Shown here piece by piece: positions 11,334 through 25,206 of a stretch of 64,000 bases of DNA. The DNA is from Takakia lepidozioides. Its lineage: Eukaryota; Plantae; Bryophyta. Both the position numbers and the translations under genes were made by a program. The notes beneath the pieces were generated by a model, which saw only the letters and a program-made list of their open reading frames with translations, made no database searches and had not been told where the DNA came from. The stretch is taken from the NCBI GenBank assembly GCA_030704615.1, contig CM060733.1, positions 36,208,001 to 36,272,000 of the forward strand, read 5' to 3'. Within the stretch, counting starts at the first letter, position 1. Every line of letters begins with the position of its first letter.

Positions 11334-13290
11334 AACCTCTTTTCGAAGGCCCTACCGGTATAGTGACATGGAGAGGTCATTGATCCAGTCATGGACTATG
11401 AAGCTGTTCGAAGCTGGATTGGTGGAGTTTTCAGGCGGGGAGTATGTCTCGGCAACGATGATGCCAGCTAAGAAGGATATCTATGGCAATTGGACAGAAA
11501 TGAGGATGTGTGAGGACTATCGTCCTATGAATCGTCAGACTAAGTCCGATAGATATGTCATGCCAACTCCAGAGGAGATCTTTGATGCCATTGGGCATGC
11601 AAAGGTGTTTAGCACATTGTACTTGCGATCCGAAGTTGCAAATCAAAGAGGCTGACAAGGCAAGTGAGGGGGCTGCGTATGCATTATTAGATCAAGTGCT
11701 TAGCCAATGTGGTGCTCCAGCCGAGGTACTCACGGATCAGAGGAGAGAGTTCTTGGGGGAGTTTCAGGCTTTGTGTGACCAAGCCTTGATAGATCACCAC
11801 ACTACTTCTCGGGATCATCCTGAGGCTGATGGCCTGGCAGAGAGGGTTGAATAAACAGTTAAGCGAGGCTTGCGCAAGAATGGCTTGCAGAAGGGACACT
11901 TAAGAGATTGGGACCTTCAGTTACCTTGGTTGGCCATGGGCTACAGGTTTAGCAAACAAGCATCACTTGCCTCGTTCTCGCCTTATTTCCTTTTCTTTGG
12001 CTGAGAGCCAGATTTGTCTTCATCTATTCGCAGGGAGACTGCAGTAGTCCTCAACCTTGATGATCCGGATGTGTGGACACAAGCACGTGCCCAACGGGCA
12101 GAGTTGTTCAAGAGAGTCATGCCTATGGCTTTTGAGAACCTTGCTATTGCCCAACACTGAGACACATTGAAGTACGCCACTATACGTGGAGGGGGATATC
12201 GGCCGGATGTTCGGCGTTTCCACCCTATGGACTATGTGTATCTGCAGCAGACAACACCTACGACTTTGGATGTCACAGCGGGACGTGTAATTCTAAGGGT
12301 TCGGTAGGTGTTGCCTTCAGGAGTGTTGATTTTGGAGGGTCGAGATGACATGGTGTGGATAGACCATGTGCGCAATTGTGCACCATGTCACCTTCCACAT
12401 GTGGATGGGAGGATAGATCCCAACCTTGCAGTGGTACCTATAGGGTTGCGTTGCATGCTATGTGGGCATGCCGGTGGTGCCGCAACCATGTTGGTGTGTG
12501 ACAAATGCTCAAGGGGGTGGCACATGAGATGCTTGACACCGCCACTTGAGGAGGTTCATAGTGGAGAATGGTTGTGTCCATGATGCCTTGGCCACATGTG
12601 ATGGGCTTGACAATGGTGTAGTTGACAAGTGATCCAAGGTCTAGCTGGTGGGAGCTCAATGCCATGGATACTCAATTGAAGATCATGGATTGCAAGCAGA
12701 CGACTAACGATAGGGCTCTCGTTGCACCCGACCTCTTGATCCATATACTTTAGAAAATTGGGAGATGTGCGATTGAAGACCAAACGATGATCTTATTGAG
12801 ATGGATACTTGTCAACTATCCGGTGTTAGAGGGATCTAATCACCAGCTAGGGGGGACGATTGTGGCATAGCTTTCTAGGATTGTGTGCTTAGAATGTATG
12901 GTGGACAGCGATGTATGTTGTGGCACGATGCTTAGGTGCACGACAGCTGTCATGGTGAGGTGTCAAACCTCACTTGGGACATAGGGATGGTTTTCCCTTT
13001 GTGAGTATTGAGGAGGGCTCATCTTCTTGTAGTTGAGCCTCCATGAGCCTCTCTCACCTCCATAGCTCTAGGTATTGAGAGAGAGTGTGTTAAGGGCTTT
13101 GTAGGGTGGATTCCCTTAGCAAGGATGCTCTTGGCTTGACTTAGTTTATGTGATTGAGTGGATTCATGAGTGGAGTGTTTCCACTGTGTTCACTTTCATT
13201 TTTATTGTGGCATAGCTTTCTAGGATTGTGTGCTTAGAATGTATGGTGGACAGTGATGTATGTTGTGGCACGATGCTTAGGTGCACGACA
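11333..13290 (+). mobile_element. Degenerate Ty3/Gypsy LTR retrotransposon 3' part: RT fragment, integrase with PHD finger, PPT, 3' LTR
   Basis: RT motifs PYRYS...RMCEDYRPMN...DRYVMP. Integrase core GAPAEVLTDQRREF...HPEADGLAER. PHD C4HC3 CMLC...CDKC...WHMRC...WLCP at ~12450-12580. Polypurine tract agggggggacga (~12849) precedes TG at 12861. Contains stops and an RT-to-integrase deletion near 11655. Confidence 0.9.
12861..13290 (+). repeat. Probable 3' LTR (TG...CA) with an 85-bp direct repeat at both ends (12861-12945, 13206-13290)
   Basis: Starts directly after the PPT. tgtggcatagctttctagg...gtgcacgaca occurs twice and nearly identically. Confidence 0.75.
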
Positions 13291-15176
13291 CGTTGTTGGT
13301 GACAAAGTCTTGTTTTGTCTCCTAAAGGTGATTTGCTAATTTGTTGGCATATCAAGTATGTGCTTTTGCAACAAACAAATTGTGCCTCGTTCACAATGAG
13401 CCCATCAGTTTCAGGCTTATGATGCATAAAGGGAAGGTAAGGAACAGCTTACCTTACAAACCTTCATATAATCTTTTTTCATAAATCACCAAACTTGGTG
13501 ACAAATTATGATTATATATACGGTAGAAGCCTGTAAACTCTTAGGGTAATGGGGATGGAAAGATACTTCATTTGCAGTTTTTCGTGGTTTCCGCCATATA
13601 GGAAGTCCGCCACTTCCTGGGATCCGGAACTGACATCACTAGCTGCGACTTGCATTGCAGCGAGCCTCAAATGAAGGTGGGTTGCTCCTGAGAACTGTAC
13701 CCGGGGAAAATGGGTACACAAATTGGAAAAGCGCCTCCCATGCAACAACGTCTCACAACAATCGCGACTTCACGGCCATCTCCATCTCTTAGAGGACGAA
13801 TGTGCGCAGTGGTTCACCTCGTCGCTCATCATGGAGAGCAGCCTCACCGCGCCTCGATCCCCCACCACTCGCAAGATTTCAACTCTATTCTCTGTATATA
13901 CTTCACCCAACTCTTTCTCGTTTTTCTTAATCACGCGATGCTGTGCCTTTGTGCGAGCAGTATTGAGGAGCTTCCGCCGGTAGGTGAGCATTGCCCTTCG
14001 CACATGCGGCAATGCCCGCAGTGGCAAACCAACATTCACAAGGGAAACCGTATGAGGACATTTTCTCTTGTTTTTCACTCGAAGCTGAAGGGATTAGACA
14101 TCATAATGTAGGTTCACTGTGTCAATTCGTGCCCCACTCACAAAACGATGGCTCGTCTTATACATTGGCTTACATCAACCATTGAATGAGCAGAATGGAA
14201 AAGAGAAAGACTGGCAATTGCCAACTTTGTCTGTGGCTACAGATAACTCGTTTGTACATTATGGAGCAGAGATTCACATTGCAAGATATCTGGAGGGATT
14301 GGTGGAACAAGTTAGATAGTTAGAAGTGATTTGCTTTGCAATCCCCTGTTTTAGCCAAAGTTGTGATCAATTAAGTCATTTCGCTGCTGTCACATGTTAC
14401 CATAGAAAGTACACATAATATAGCTTGTATAGCGAAAACACTCAATATGTGATCGAATTTGGCCAGAAAAAGATTGTTGTTTTAGACTTATAGGTTTAGA
14501 CTTTCAAAGTGAGCAAATGTTTATGCATATTAACCATAAAACATGACCTTCCTTGTGGATATCAAAAACCTCTATAAACTTGTTTTCCTTGGAGTAATCA
14601 TTGGAGTATAGGGCTGGTGCTGATTTTTCCTCTGTATGCCTAGAGGCCTTTTGTTTAATGAAATGTCCTCGGGACCTTCTGGAAAATCCTTTGGAATTTC
14701 TTCGGATCATCCTCTGGATATCACCATCCAGTCTTTGCACTTGCAATGAGGCCATTACGTAAGAGAGTTTTCCCAGTTTTCCGGGATTTGAGAATCCTGG
14801 CCCAAGGCCTGTAGCTTGGGCAGGCAATTACCTGGGGCAAAAACTGGAATATGATATGGGGTGGAATTGCTGGGGCAGATTGTGGAATTCCTGGAATGGG
14901 TTTTCCTGGACCGCAAGATACTCAAATCTACAAAGGAATTTCCAGGTTTTTGTGGTGGGGTCATCACCAGTATGGTTTCAGCAGCCCATTCCCTAGTATG
15001 GAAAGGAGGGCATTCAAAACCCCTATCCACAACGTGATGTCGGGTAGAGAGGGATATCCACAAAGTGAAGGGAGACAACAGACATCATGTACTCCTTTGT
15101 CAGCTTGAAAAAAAACCTGAATACAAAGAGATCAAACAACAGTGAAACAATGGCACGGGACAGCCATTTGGCAGGG

Positions 15177-18100
15177 CTAGAGGAAAAAGTCTGAAAAGGG
15201 TAACTGGTCTAGAAACCCTTTCATAGTCTCATTGATACGGCGAAGCTCTTGGACATGGGGCTCATCATCATCTGTGGGAATGATTTGTGCTAGTTCACCC
15301 TGTTGGAAGTGGTCCACCACTCTGTTGGCGGCTTCTAGGCCGGTCACAAATGCTTTTTCCTTCACATCACCAGAAAAATTGGAAAATAAGGTCCAAGCTG
15401 ATGCAAGGTGAGATCTAAGACAGCACATTCTTTAAGCCCTTAGTTGAGGCAATATGCTACTCTATCTTTCATTTGCTCTCTCTCCCTGTCTTGAGTGGCA
15501 GAATGGGCCTGCTTCCCAGTGCTGTGAATTTGTGTTATGCATTCTTGTCCCCACTAAATTTGTCTGTGGGACATTATAATGTTCATTGCCAGCCATGTGA
15601 TCCCTTGCATGGACTGTGAAGATGCACGTCAAATACTTGCTTTCTTGGCCTTTAAGATCACTAGAAGTACACAGACATACATCTAAGTTGAAGTCAAGCA
15701 TAGGCAAGCAAGGAAATAATACATACTTTTTACACATCTATGTGTAGTTCCATACCTGGGACCAGGAGCCATGGCGGTTGACGATCCAGTCACCTGCCAT
15801 AAATACATTTGGGAAGCTTGTTGTCCCCTGCATCATATACTGATATGAGCCTGCCAAGGAGATGGGGTCCATGCTACACTGTTTAGACAGAGATGGAGTT
15901 GGAAAGTGTACACAAGCACTTGTTTCTCTTACTCACAACAATAATGTGTGGCATCTAACCTACCATCATTGCCACTTTGTGTAGTTGCCAGAATGTGTCT
16001 AAAACTGTGAATGGAGAGGATGCTAGGCACCCTTCCTTACACAATATCAACAGATCCAATCCTGTAAAACTTGGAGTTCAAGGCATGTTTACTAGAAAAT
16101 TGCATGCCTGGAAAGAAGTGGGTCACGGCTTTTGGAAACCGAACCACAGCCTGGTCCACCACCTCTGCATCTTCAAACTCCGGGATGCAGATTGCGAGAT
16201 ACTCCTTCACCTTCTTCACGATCTGGTCATCACTCAGCCGTAAAAATTGGTTTGCATGGTACTAGCTCCAATCCACCCAACCCATCCACCAAGCATCCAC
16301 AGGCACAATTCAGTACTGGAAAATAGTGATTGATACTTCAGTTTCTAAATCACATGTGAAGCTCAGGGTCTCAACTCTCAACCCTGGACTGTTTCCAACC
16401 CATTTGCTGCAGAACCGGCCCAGGGTCCAGCGGTCTAGAGTGTTTTCCTTTTCATGCTTGATTACAGCCAGACTACCAGCCTAGCTGGTTGAAAGAGGTT
16501 GGCAGAGTTCACCATAGCTAACGCTGGAGAGCTTGTGCTTGTGCTTGTGTGATGTCGATGTTTCTGTCTTATCCTTCATGTTGGTTCACTGCTAGATGTT
16601 ACTCAACCTAAATGGAAAGACAGGTCCTCCTTCCCAGTGGGTGAGTTGACATGCTTAATGAAAGTGAGGTATTTGGCAAATAACGAATGTAAGGAAAATG
16701 TCTAAGAACATTCTAGTAAGGAGGGACAGAGCACATAGTCACATGAGCCAGGCAGTCTAAAGGTTTGAGAAGGCTGCTAGAATAGCACTCACAAAAATGT
16801 GCCTGGCTCATCTTTGTGACCCAGTTAGTGACATAAGCAGGCAGTCTAAAGGTTTGAGAAGGCTGATCGAATAGCACTCACGAAGTCAGCTTCCACTACA
16901 GTGCCTGGCTCATCTTTGTATTCATCGTGCATCTTGTTGAGATCAAAGAAAGTCCAGCCAGTGGTAGAGTCGAATCCGAAACAAGCATTGCTTGGCATTG
17001 ATATGGGGACCTGTTGGACCCACAAATGGAGAGGTCTGTGTTATCGGAAGTCACATAGCCAGTGACACAGCATACTGTAAGCTACTCTAACTCTATCGGA
17101 GAACACAATACTATCTTTGCAAGCATTGTCTGTGTGCATGTTTCAGGATATCTCTTGGTCCTTCCAGTTTTCCCTTTTTATCCAGTGGGTCAGAGGAGAG
17201 TCCTCTAGCAATGAGCATGAACTCTTGTCTCGTTTGCTCTTCATGCCACAGTGCTTGGGGTTACTTCTGCCTTCTCTGTCTGACACAACTGTATACTGGG
17301 CCTCTTCCTGTCTCGCTCTCTGTTTCCAATTTCGTTCTTAATAAGTTTTCTTTTTCTTTCTTTCTGCTTTTACAGAGAAATTCTCTGGGCGAAGGCCCTC
17401 TTTTGCAAGGAAAAAGGGCAGCAACCCAGTATAAACTTTGACAAACTTTTTCTTGTCTCCCGTCTCGCTCACACACAGGCCAGAGTTTGGTAGAAACCTT
17501 GCGGTCGAGCCAGAGCCGTACAGCCAGAACATCAACAGCCCCAAGATTGGCTGTGTTCACAAACTCGTCCCTTGTTTTCAGAGCCTTACTGCATACATCA
17601 AAAACGGTAGTACTCCCTAATGAAATTATCCATTGGACATTGAATACTCACGAAATTTCAGACATTCTAACTGACACCTTTCTTCCCCAAGAAAACACCT
17701 CTCTACCCACTGATGCTGCATTGAGCCAAATTAGATGTCAACAACATGGCATATACAGATCATAGGAGGTCCTAAAGACATGGAGTAGAAGTTGATCTCT
17801 GTTGACATTTGATCTACCCAGTTCATCCCAGTGCCAAACATTAGAGAGTGACCTCTTCAGCAGGCAGCATCTCATTGACTTACTCAATTATTTTCATAAG
17901 CGTGAGACGTACCTATTAGCAACAATGTTCTGCATTGCTGTAATGCCAACTGAGAAAACAACAGCATCAGCTGTAAAATTCTCCTCCCCACATAGAACAC
18001 CCGTAACAGTGCCTGTGGTGTCCAGAACCAAGTCAGTGACTCGTTTGCTGGACACAAATTTGAAGCCCCCACCCGTCATGGATGCCACCCATGGCTTGAA

Positions 18101-20783
18101 TATCATTTCTCCTACTGTTCCTCGGCACCAAAGCACATCGAAGTCTGGCTGTGGTCCAGGTTTGGAATTTTTAGTTTACTGATATAATTGGACCAACATG
18201 TAGCAACAGAGCAAGGAAGAGGCACTTTAACATGGAGAAAGGTAATGCAGAGGCAACCTAAAGAGATTGAAGCAGTCAGGAAACAAGGAAATTCTACATA
18301 GACATAGATATACTGGCATTTGGGATAAAGGACACACAGACAAAGAGATGCAGACAGTGAGACAACATTAAAATATTGACACTGCAGACAAGAGAGACTG
18401 AAACATTGTAAAATGCCAGGATACACAACTGGGGCCTGTGGTGTATATTAACACTGGTCCCTCTGTCTTTCAAGATATCAGAATGCATGGCACATGCCCA
18501 CAGAGAGTATGCCCATAGACAGGTGCAGAGAGAGGCGTCACACAAAATTGGAAGGGCACCTGATGAGCCAGAATGAAGTAATAGAGCATGCCGATTGTTG
18601 CAGCAGCGCTACAAAGCTCACCCGGCGCAAACAGGCCCACAAGCAGCATCGGATTGAAGGCGTCAAGGTATACTCGCTCTGAGCATCCAAACTCACGGAA
18701 CAGCTCCCGTGCAGTCCCTAGACAACAATTAAATATTCCCTACCTCAGGGCAAATTCTCCGTGTCTAATCAAAATTGGTGTCATAAAAACAGAACCTGTC
18801 TACAAATTCTGTAATGCAGATCGGCGAAGAAATATAATTTTCCTTACAATATGCGATTTCTTGTATTGATTTTATCAGGATTGGAGAACTGTATTACTGG
18901 TTTGAATTCATGAGCACCTTATGCCCTCTCCAACCATTCCAAAAAGGAAAACAAGTAACAACCCCAAGAAGTGCAGCTTCTAATGAAGGGAAAACCAAAC
19001 CCGTATGCTTCTGAGGGTAGGCGCCAAGCGCTGGTTTCCAAGACACAGTCCATCATTAAACAAGAGGTCTTTAGACATACACATATATCCCTCTGCTCTG
19101 GATAGATCGGTACAGAGGGAGTGCGTATAGCCTTACTTGAATCATATTTTCGCCATGCACTGTCGCTATTGTCAAAGTCAATCACTGTTACACACAATAG
19201 TGGGTTATCATGAACCAACTCAACAAACCTTGTAGCATCTGACAAAGATCCATTTAAGCCACTACCATGACATATGGGAGTCACCTAACATTCACAAGCA
19301 ACCTCTTTACCCTGGCCCCAATTTGATGCATGTATTAGCACAGAGACACAAAAGTTTCAACATTTGTGTGAACCCTGTGGAATTCTGGGAGGAGAGGCAA
19401 TGACACTCATTGGTCACCGCAGGTATTGAAACTTTGCCCAACATTTCCATAGCACACTGGTTGGGGATCGATGTGCAGGCCGGTGTAGACATGCTTGAAA
19501 ACAAAATGTTGCTTCTACAATGCTGCCCATCTCAAATTCAGCAACATGTGACATTGCTAGTCACATTTTCAAAGAAAAGGGCAGAGAGAGAAAGAATGGA
19601 GGGAAGGAAGGAAAGTGATTGATTCCTTCCACTGGAAATCCTACATGCCTATGGGTTGAAAGAAAGAGAGGCAGTCTATGCCCCTCCTACAAAATACACG
19701 AAGTTTACAGAACACCTTTGAAAGAATGATGGAAAAAGACGTAACGGAAGCCATGGACATGCAGCAAGAATATCACCTGCATACATGAGAGGGAGGGCAG
19801 TCAATCGGTCCAGTACCGGCAGCCGCTTGAACTGCAAACAGACCCCAAGCCTTCCAAATTCAGAACCTGTTGTAGTTCAACCATAAAGGAGTGATCAATA
19901 TGCAGTTCTACTTGGTCTGTACTGAGAGCAACAGACGTTGTTTGCTGTACCCTTGTGGCCATAGACCCCGTGCCCAGTTTGGACTGAACAAGGAAAAAGC
20001 AGAGAGAATGTACTCAAAAGATGTTGTTTGCCGTAGCCTTGTGGCCATTGACTCCGTGCCCAGTTTGCGCGGAACACAAAGGGAAAGAAACTACCTTTGT
20101 CAGGGGCTGACGCCGGTAGTATGACTTACCTTGAAACATGCAATTGATCCCAGTCTTGCAGATATCCTCTAGAAATCCCTTCACACAAACATCACTCTGC
20201 TGTGTGTAGTTTCCACAAAGTATGGTAGAAACCTCCATAGATTCGTACTATTATACTTCTAGTAGGGTCTATGTAGAAGTCAAAACTGCAGGTTTGAGAA
20301 AAACGATAGATAATGTAGTCATAAGACGTTGTTGGCTGTAGCATTGTGGCCATAGATCCCACGCACAGTCTAGGTGGAACAAAAGGGAAAAGACACTACC
20401 TTTGTGAGGGGCTCACTCCAGTAGTGGTACTTATCTTGGTATAGACAATTGGTTCGGTCTTTCCAGATATCCTCTAGAAAGCCCTTTACACAAGCATCAA
20501 CCTGCTGTGTGTGAGCTGCCCAGCAATTAGACCCCAACAGGGCCAGTTTAGGGTTCAGCCTCAAGATTTTCAAAGTTGGTGAACAGAGGCGCGGGGACAT
20601 TGTTCTTAATGTTCCTGAAGAGGGTCACTCTCTGGTGGGAATATCCGGGGCAATGTATCAGAACTGGATATTGTCTTCAGGCTGCCTACACATTGGGCAA
20701 TTACAATCTCCTTTTCCGTGCATCTGTTATTGTTCAAAGGTAGGCTTCCCGCCCCGAATCTAAAATTCAGTCTAGTGCCGAGG

Positions 20784-20820
<37 letters not shown>

Positions 20821-23425
20821 GAGAGTGAGAGATAAGGGGGCAGAGGCAGAACCTGTGTGTAAACGAAAGTGCCAAGGGGACTGGGCAATCGAGGAAGGTC
20901 CTGGAATATTGGTGACTCCACCTATCCTTCGGCCATTTAACAAGTGAGACAAAGCGGAAAGTGAAAACTCGGTGGTAATTGAGAGAACGGTAAAACAGAA
21001 ATAAAGCAAAAAACTCATACCAAAGACATCTGATGCCTGGGCTCAAACACAAGTGCGGGTTCATGAAAGTACGACTGTTGGACAGTTATACAATTAACTT
21101 ATTCCTCACTATCAGCATCCTGTTCCGCTCAAACTGGGCGCAGGGTCATTGTCCACAAGGCTACGGCAAACAACGTCTTATGAGTACATTACTATCAGCA
21201 TCCTGGGTAAGAAAATTGGCTAAGTCAGAAAATTCCACATTCTTGAAAGTTTGCCACAGCTACAAATCACAACACTTTTGTGAAAAGGAGGCTACTTGAA
21301 GGGCCTTCTACCTCTAATCCAGCAGGGGAGTATTGGGCAGATCGAGTCCAACCGGTGAAGGGTTGCAGGCCCAGTTCCTCAACAAGTGCAAAAATATTTC
21401 GATATGGGTACCAGAATCCTGTAACATTATCACCCCTCCAGACTTGGGTAGACCAGGAAGAACAAATGCTTCTGCTACAGTCTAAGATCATTATCAAGGT
21501 TGGTTAGCCCAACATTTCCTAGAGGGAATCACCACAGGTTCATGCATTTGCAAGGAACCAGTGGTGATTGGCAACTGCAAGTAAATGCACATCAAGATAC
21601 ATACTCAAACCTCAAAGTAAGTTTTGCCAAAGCAAAGGGGAATGACTGACTAAAATTTCAAAGCTTATATAAACCATAAATATTCTTCCAGCAAGCATGA
21701 ACTCTAAGCTGATTCCAGAACTTTGATCTAACTTGAAGTCAACACAGCTGGTTTTGTCCAGCAGTGGTTGCTGATGCAAGGAGTCATAGTTGGAATACCA
21801 TGGATGCCAACCTCTACAGAGCGCCCCGACTCAGTCTTCCAGCCTGCTACAAGCCCACCAGGTTGAGGACCTGCTTCTATGAGTGTCACATCGAACCCCT
21901 GCATATTCACAGCAGTTAAATGGCATCAAAACCCTCTTCATATCTTATGAGAGTGAAGGACAAAGAAGAGTTTTCACATCCACCAAGTTAGTGTTGTGCA
22001 TGATAAACCTTTTTCTGCAATAAAGTGACAAAAAGGTAGCAAATGTCAGAGCATGCCTTCAAATTCTTGTTGTGGCCAGAACATGGAGCAAAGGAAATGG
22101 TTGGAGCAGTATATGGGTTGCCACCAGTTTTCACATAAGGACCAGATTAATAAGTCAAGCCTCAAGGCTGCAGAGAAAGTGCAAGTGTAAACCGGCAAAG
22201 TGTCTTCTGAAATTGGTGAGGAGAATGAGACATGAAATGAAATGAAATGGTGCTTTATAACATGCAAAGCCTATCGACGAGGATTGCATCCTCATATCTC
22301 AGAGAAAAGTAGAAGGATACAGGGCAATCTCAAAGGGTTAGGAAGCTTTATATGGAGGTTTTAGCACTCAAGAAATGCAACTTGTGACCCATAATGTCGA
22401 TTGTGCAGAGGATCTCAACAACAAGTGGGGCGCATAGGCCCACAGAGAGAGTTGTGTGTGTGTGTGTTGTTAGTGAGCAGGTTGAGTAGTTTTGGCGTAG
22501 CTAGTGTCTTTTTTGGTGTGGTCCTCAAGAGTATCTCTATGTGTTGGTGAGGGCGAGAAGGACATACTACGGCATGCACTAAAATGCCATTGATGTCAGT
22601 CATTCTGAAGCCCACTTATCCCACTCGGAAGATATAATTCACGGACAAAGCAAACATATGTGCCTGCTTTGCACCTTGGGCATCCCATTGGCACAAGTCC
22701 TCAGTAAACTGTAATCAACCGTTTGATCTATCCCATTTCGGTGGGCCAAGCCTGCCAGGGAGGGACTTGTGCAGGTGCTTCAATTGGGTTCCGGGACGCT
22801 TGTATTGAAAGGGGGCCATGCCGGCAAAAGTAATCACCTTCCATGTAATGACTGGAATTGCTACAGAAGAAAAATGGGATTCACGGACTGTGTTTGCGGA
22901 ATGCTTTCTTGACTCACAACTTGTCACTTCAGACTGAATCGTGAATATACCATGCAGTGCATGAACTTATCAAGCATCTTCACCTCCTTACTGGAGACTA
23001 TGAGCCTGATACCTTCCAATATTTCCACCTGGAAATACCGGACGTTATGTTCTTCCATGAACCACATGAACCAAACGTCAGAGGTACTATGATACCTGTT
23101 TGGTGAGATGATGAGCTGCTCCAAGTCCCGCCCACCCGGCGCCCACCACCACCACCTTCTTTCTCTCAATTGTCTCTCCCACCCCTTGATTCTTAACAGA
23201 TTCTTCAATTGCCAGTCTGATCACTGGAGTGTGCTGAATTTTTAACAATCTGGGAGGAAATTGAGTCAGATGTGTCAATGCTCCAATTTGTTGGCCCCAA
23301 TGAGTCCCAAACGCAGCGACATTCTTCCCACCTCCTCGTGACAGTGATGCAGGCACAGAGAGTGTGGTCCTCCATGACGGCATATGCCCCGCCCGTGCTT
23401 GCATCACTGCTTCCGCTATTCCCAT
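15177..23425 (-). CDS. FAD-dependent oxidoreductase, phytoene/zeta-carotene desaturase-like (amine oxidase family), probably plastid-targeted; multi-exon
   Basis: Rossmann motif KKVVVVGAGWAGLGAAHHL spliced to GFDVTLIEAGPQPGGLVAGW...EVGIHG, then FWYPYRNIF. Later exons ADAVVFSVGI, VLAVRLWLDRK, FMAGDW, EKAFVTGLEAAN. Exons approx 23096-23425, 21799-21898, 21310-21419, 20853-20920, 19778-19851, 19134-19186, 18560-18718, 17912-18155, 17501-17586, 16881-17011, 16110-16265, 15756-15850, 15177-15360. Confidence 0.85.
19925..20785 (-). mobile_element. Diverged 3' fragments of the LINE family inside an intron
   Basis: Repeated 3'-end signature (GHKATANN-coding) and [10 protein letters not shown], matching 58785-59260. 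(GA)n tract at ~20786-20817. Confidence 0.8.
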
Positions 23426-25206
23426 TCAATCTTTCGCAACAAGAGCAAAGAGGATTGTTCGGATGGACTAATCCTTCCGGCAATCAGAGACCAACCCAAC
23501 CCAGAGCCGCATTTGCATAATTTGAGATCACGGGTTCGCCAATTAGATGAGGCCAGAACCTCAGAGAACGAGCTGCCAAGCAGCTTAGCGTACACTGAAT
23601 GTACCTGCTACAATTCAGCAGAGGATTCGAAAGGAGATGTCTATCCCACAGAAACTACATGCAACCTCCCTCCCGCAGTATGAATGGGAATTCTTTGAGA
23701 GAATATAGTGATCCAAAGACTGTGGTTGGCAATCTCTCCCTGTCGCCTGTGGAGTGCAATCAGACACCTACCGTCAACTGTGGCCTCAAACGCGCCATAA
23801 TCACGAATACACACCTGATCTTTCACTTCATTTGCAACGCTTTATCCCTTGACTGTACTGCTCCCGGAGATCTCTCTATAAAAGACTTAGAGAATTTGGC
23901 CACTTTTTAGAGAAGTTGTGCATTCCCTCAGGTTGGCTCCTCAAAGAGGAGAGAACGAGAGACCATCCATTCTCAGTATTTGATGTTCAGGATTTGTGTG
24001 TGTGGGTGCGTGCTCAGTGTACTTAGATTGATGAGTGAACTTGGCATACTGATGCGCAAAGAAATGTAAGTAGCAGCAACAGAACTCACTTGGGCAGAGT
24101 TTCTGCCTTGCACACTTGTTGCTGTCCACCTTCACAGAACTTCCCTTCGCTCAACAACATTTGGTTGCCATCTCAAATTAATTTCTTGACCACAAGTTCC
24201 CACTTGTTGTATCAGGCCTTGGCTCTCTTGTAGAGAGAGACTTTCCGGAGACATGCAAGTCAATGGAGAAAATGGGGTCAAAGTACCTTACACTGTGTCA
24301 AGGCGCTGATTGGTGTGCTGTGCTAAGTCATGCTCCCTAGTCTTACCTTCCTCTTATGTTGTGCCAAAGCAAAGCAAAAGAGCCAATTGCAGTTTGAGGC
24401 TTGTTAACCTTCTTGCCAATCAGAGGGTGGGACGCACACATCACATATCTTATAAAGATGACAAATTGAGGGATGTGCCCATTGGAAGCTTCCCTGCAGA
24501 CATGCTCATGCTGTCTGTACTCTTCAAGGTATTTTTCAAACCTTCATGCAGACTATTAGCTCTGATGATACAAAAGTTTGCATTCCAGAAGAAGTTAGGC
24601 CATCTCATTCCACACCAAAGTCAAGCTACCTATCTACCCAAACAAGATACAATCCATCCTATGGTGTTTTGCCATGCAATAGGGGGGAGAACTAGAGAAA
24701 ACCAACCACACAAAGAGGCAACATCCTCCCGAATTTACTTATGAATCTCTTAGTCCGTTACAGCTTAAGGTACATTTTTTTCAACCATGACAAACGCACT
24801 TCACAATAACCTCCTCTGCTGCAAACCAGCAGCTGTATGCTTCCCTTGAAGGACCACACTTTCATGATTCGCAATTTGGAGTAAAAACGATCTTTGCTTG
24901 TATATCTTTCTGCACAACACTGAACAGAAACAGCCGGCTCCTCTCTGCCTCAACCATAATCTGGTATCTTTACCACACATGTGGGACACAGAGGCTGGGA
25001 AAACCTATCAGCAGTTATAAAAGACAAAAGCATTTCCAGAAAATATCAAAATGTCACTGACCCGCTCCATATATGCTCGCAGATTGTCACCAGCCCACAA
25101 AACATCGGGATCCTCTGCTTGTCTTAGTGGGCCAACTCCCATCCTCACATCAGGAGAATCTATCCAACTTGTGAGCTGAAGAGACCTCGGGAAGTGAAAG
25201 TGGTGT

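Noticed and set aside
14504-15108. Gly/Pro-rich ORFs downstream of the desaturase-like gene
   Set aside because: No family or consistent exon structure recognised.
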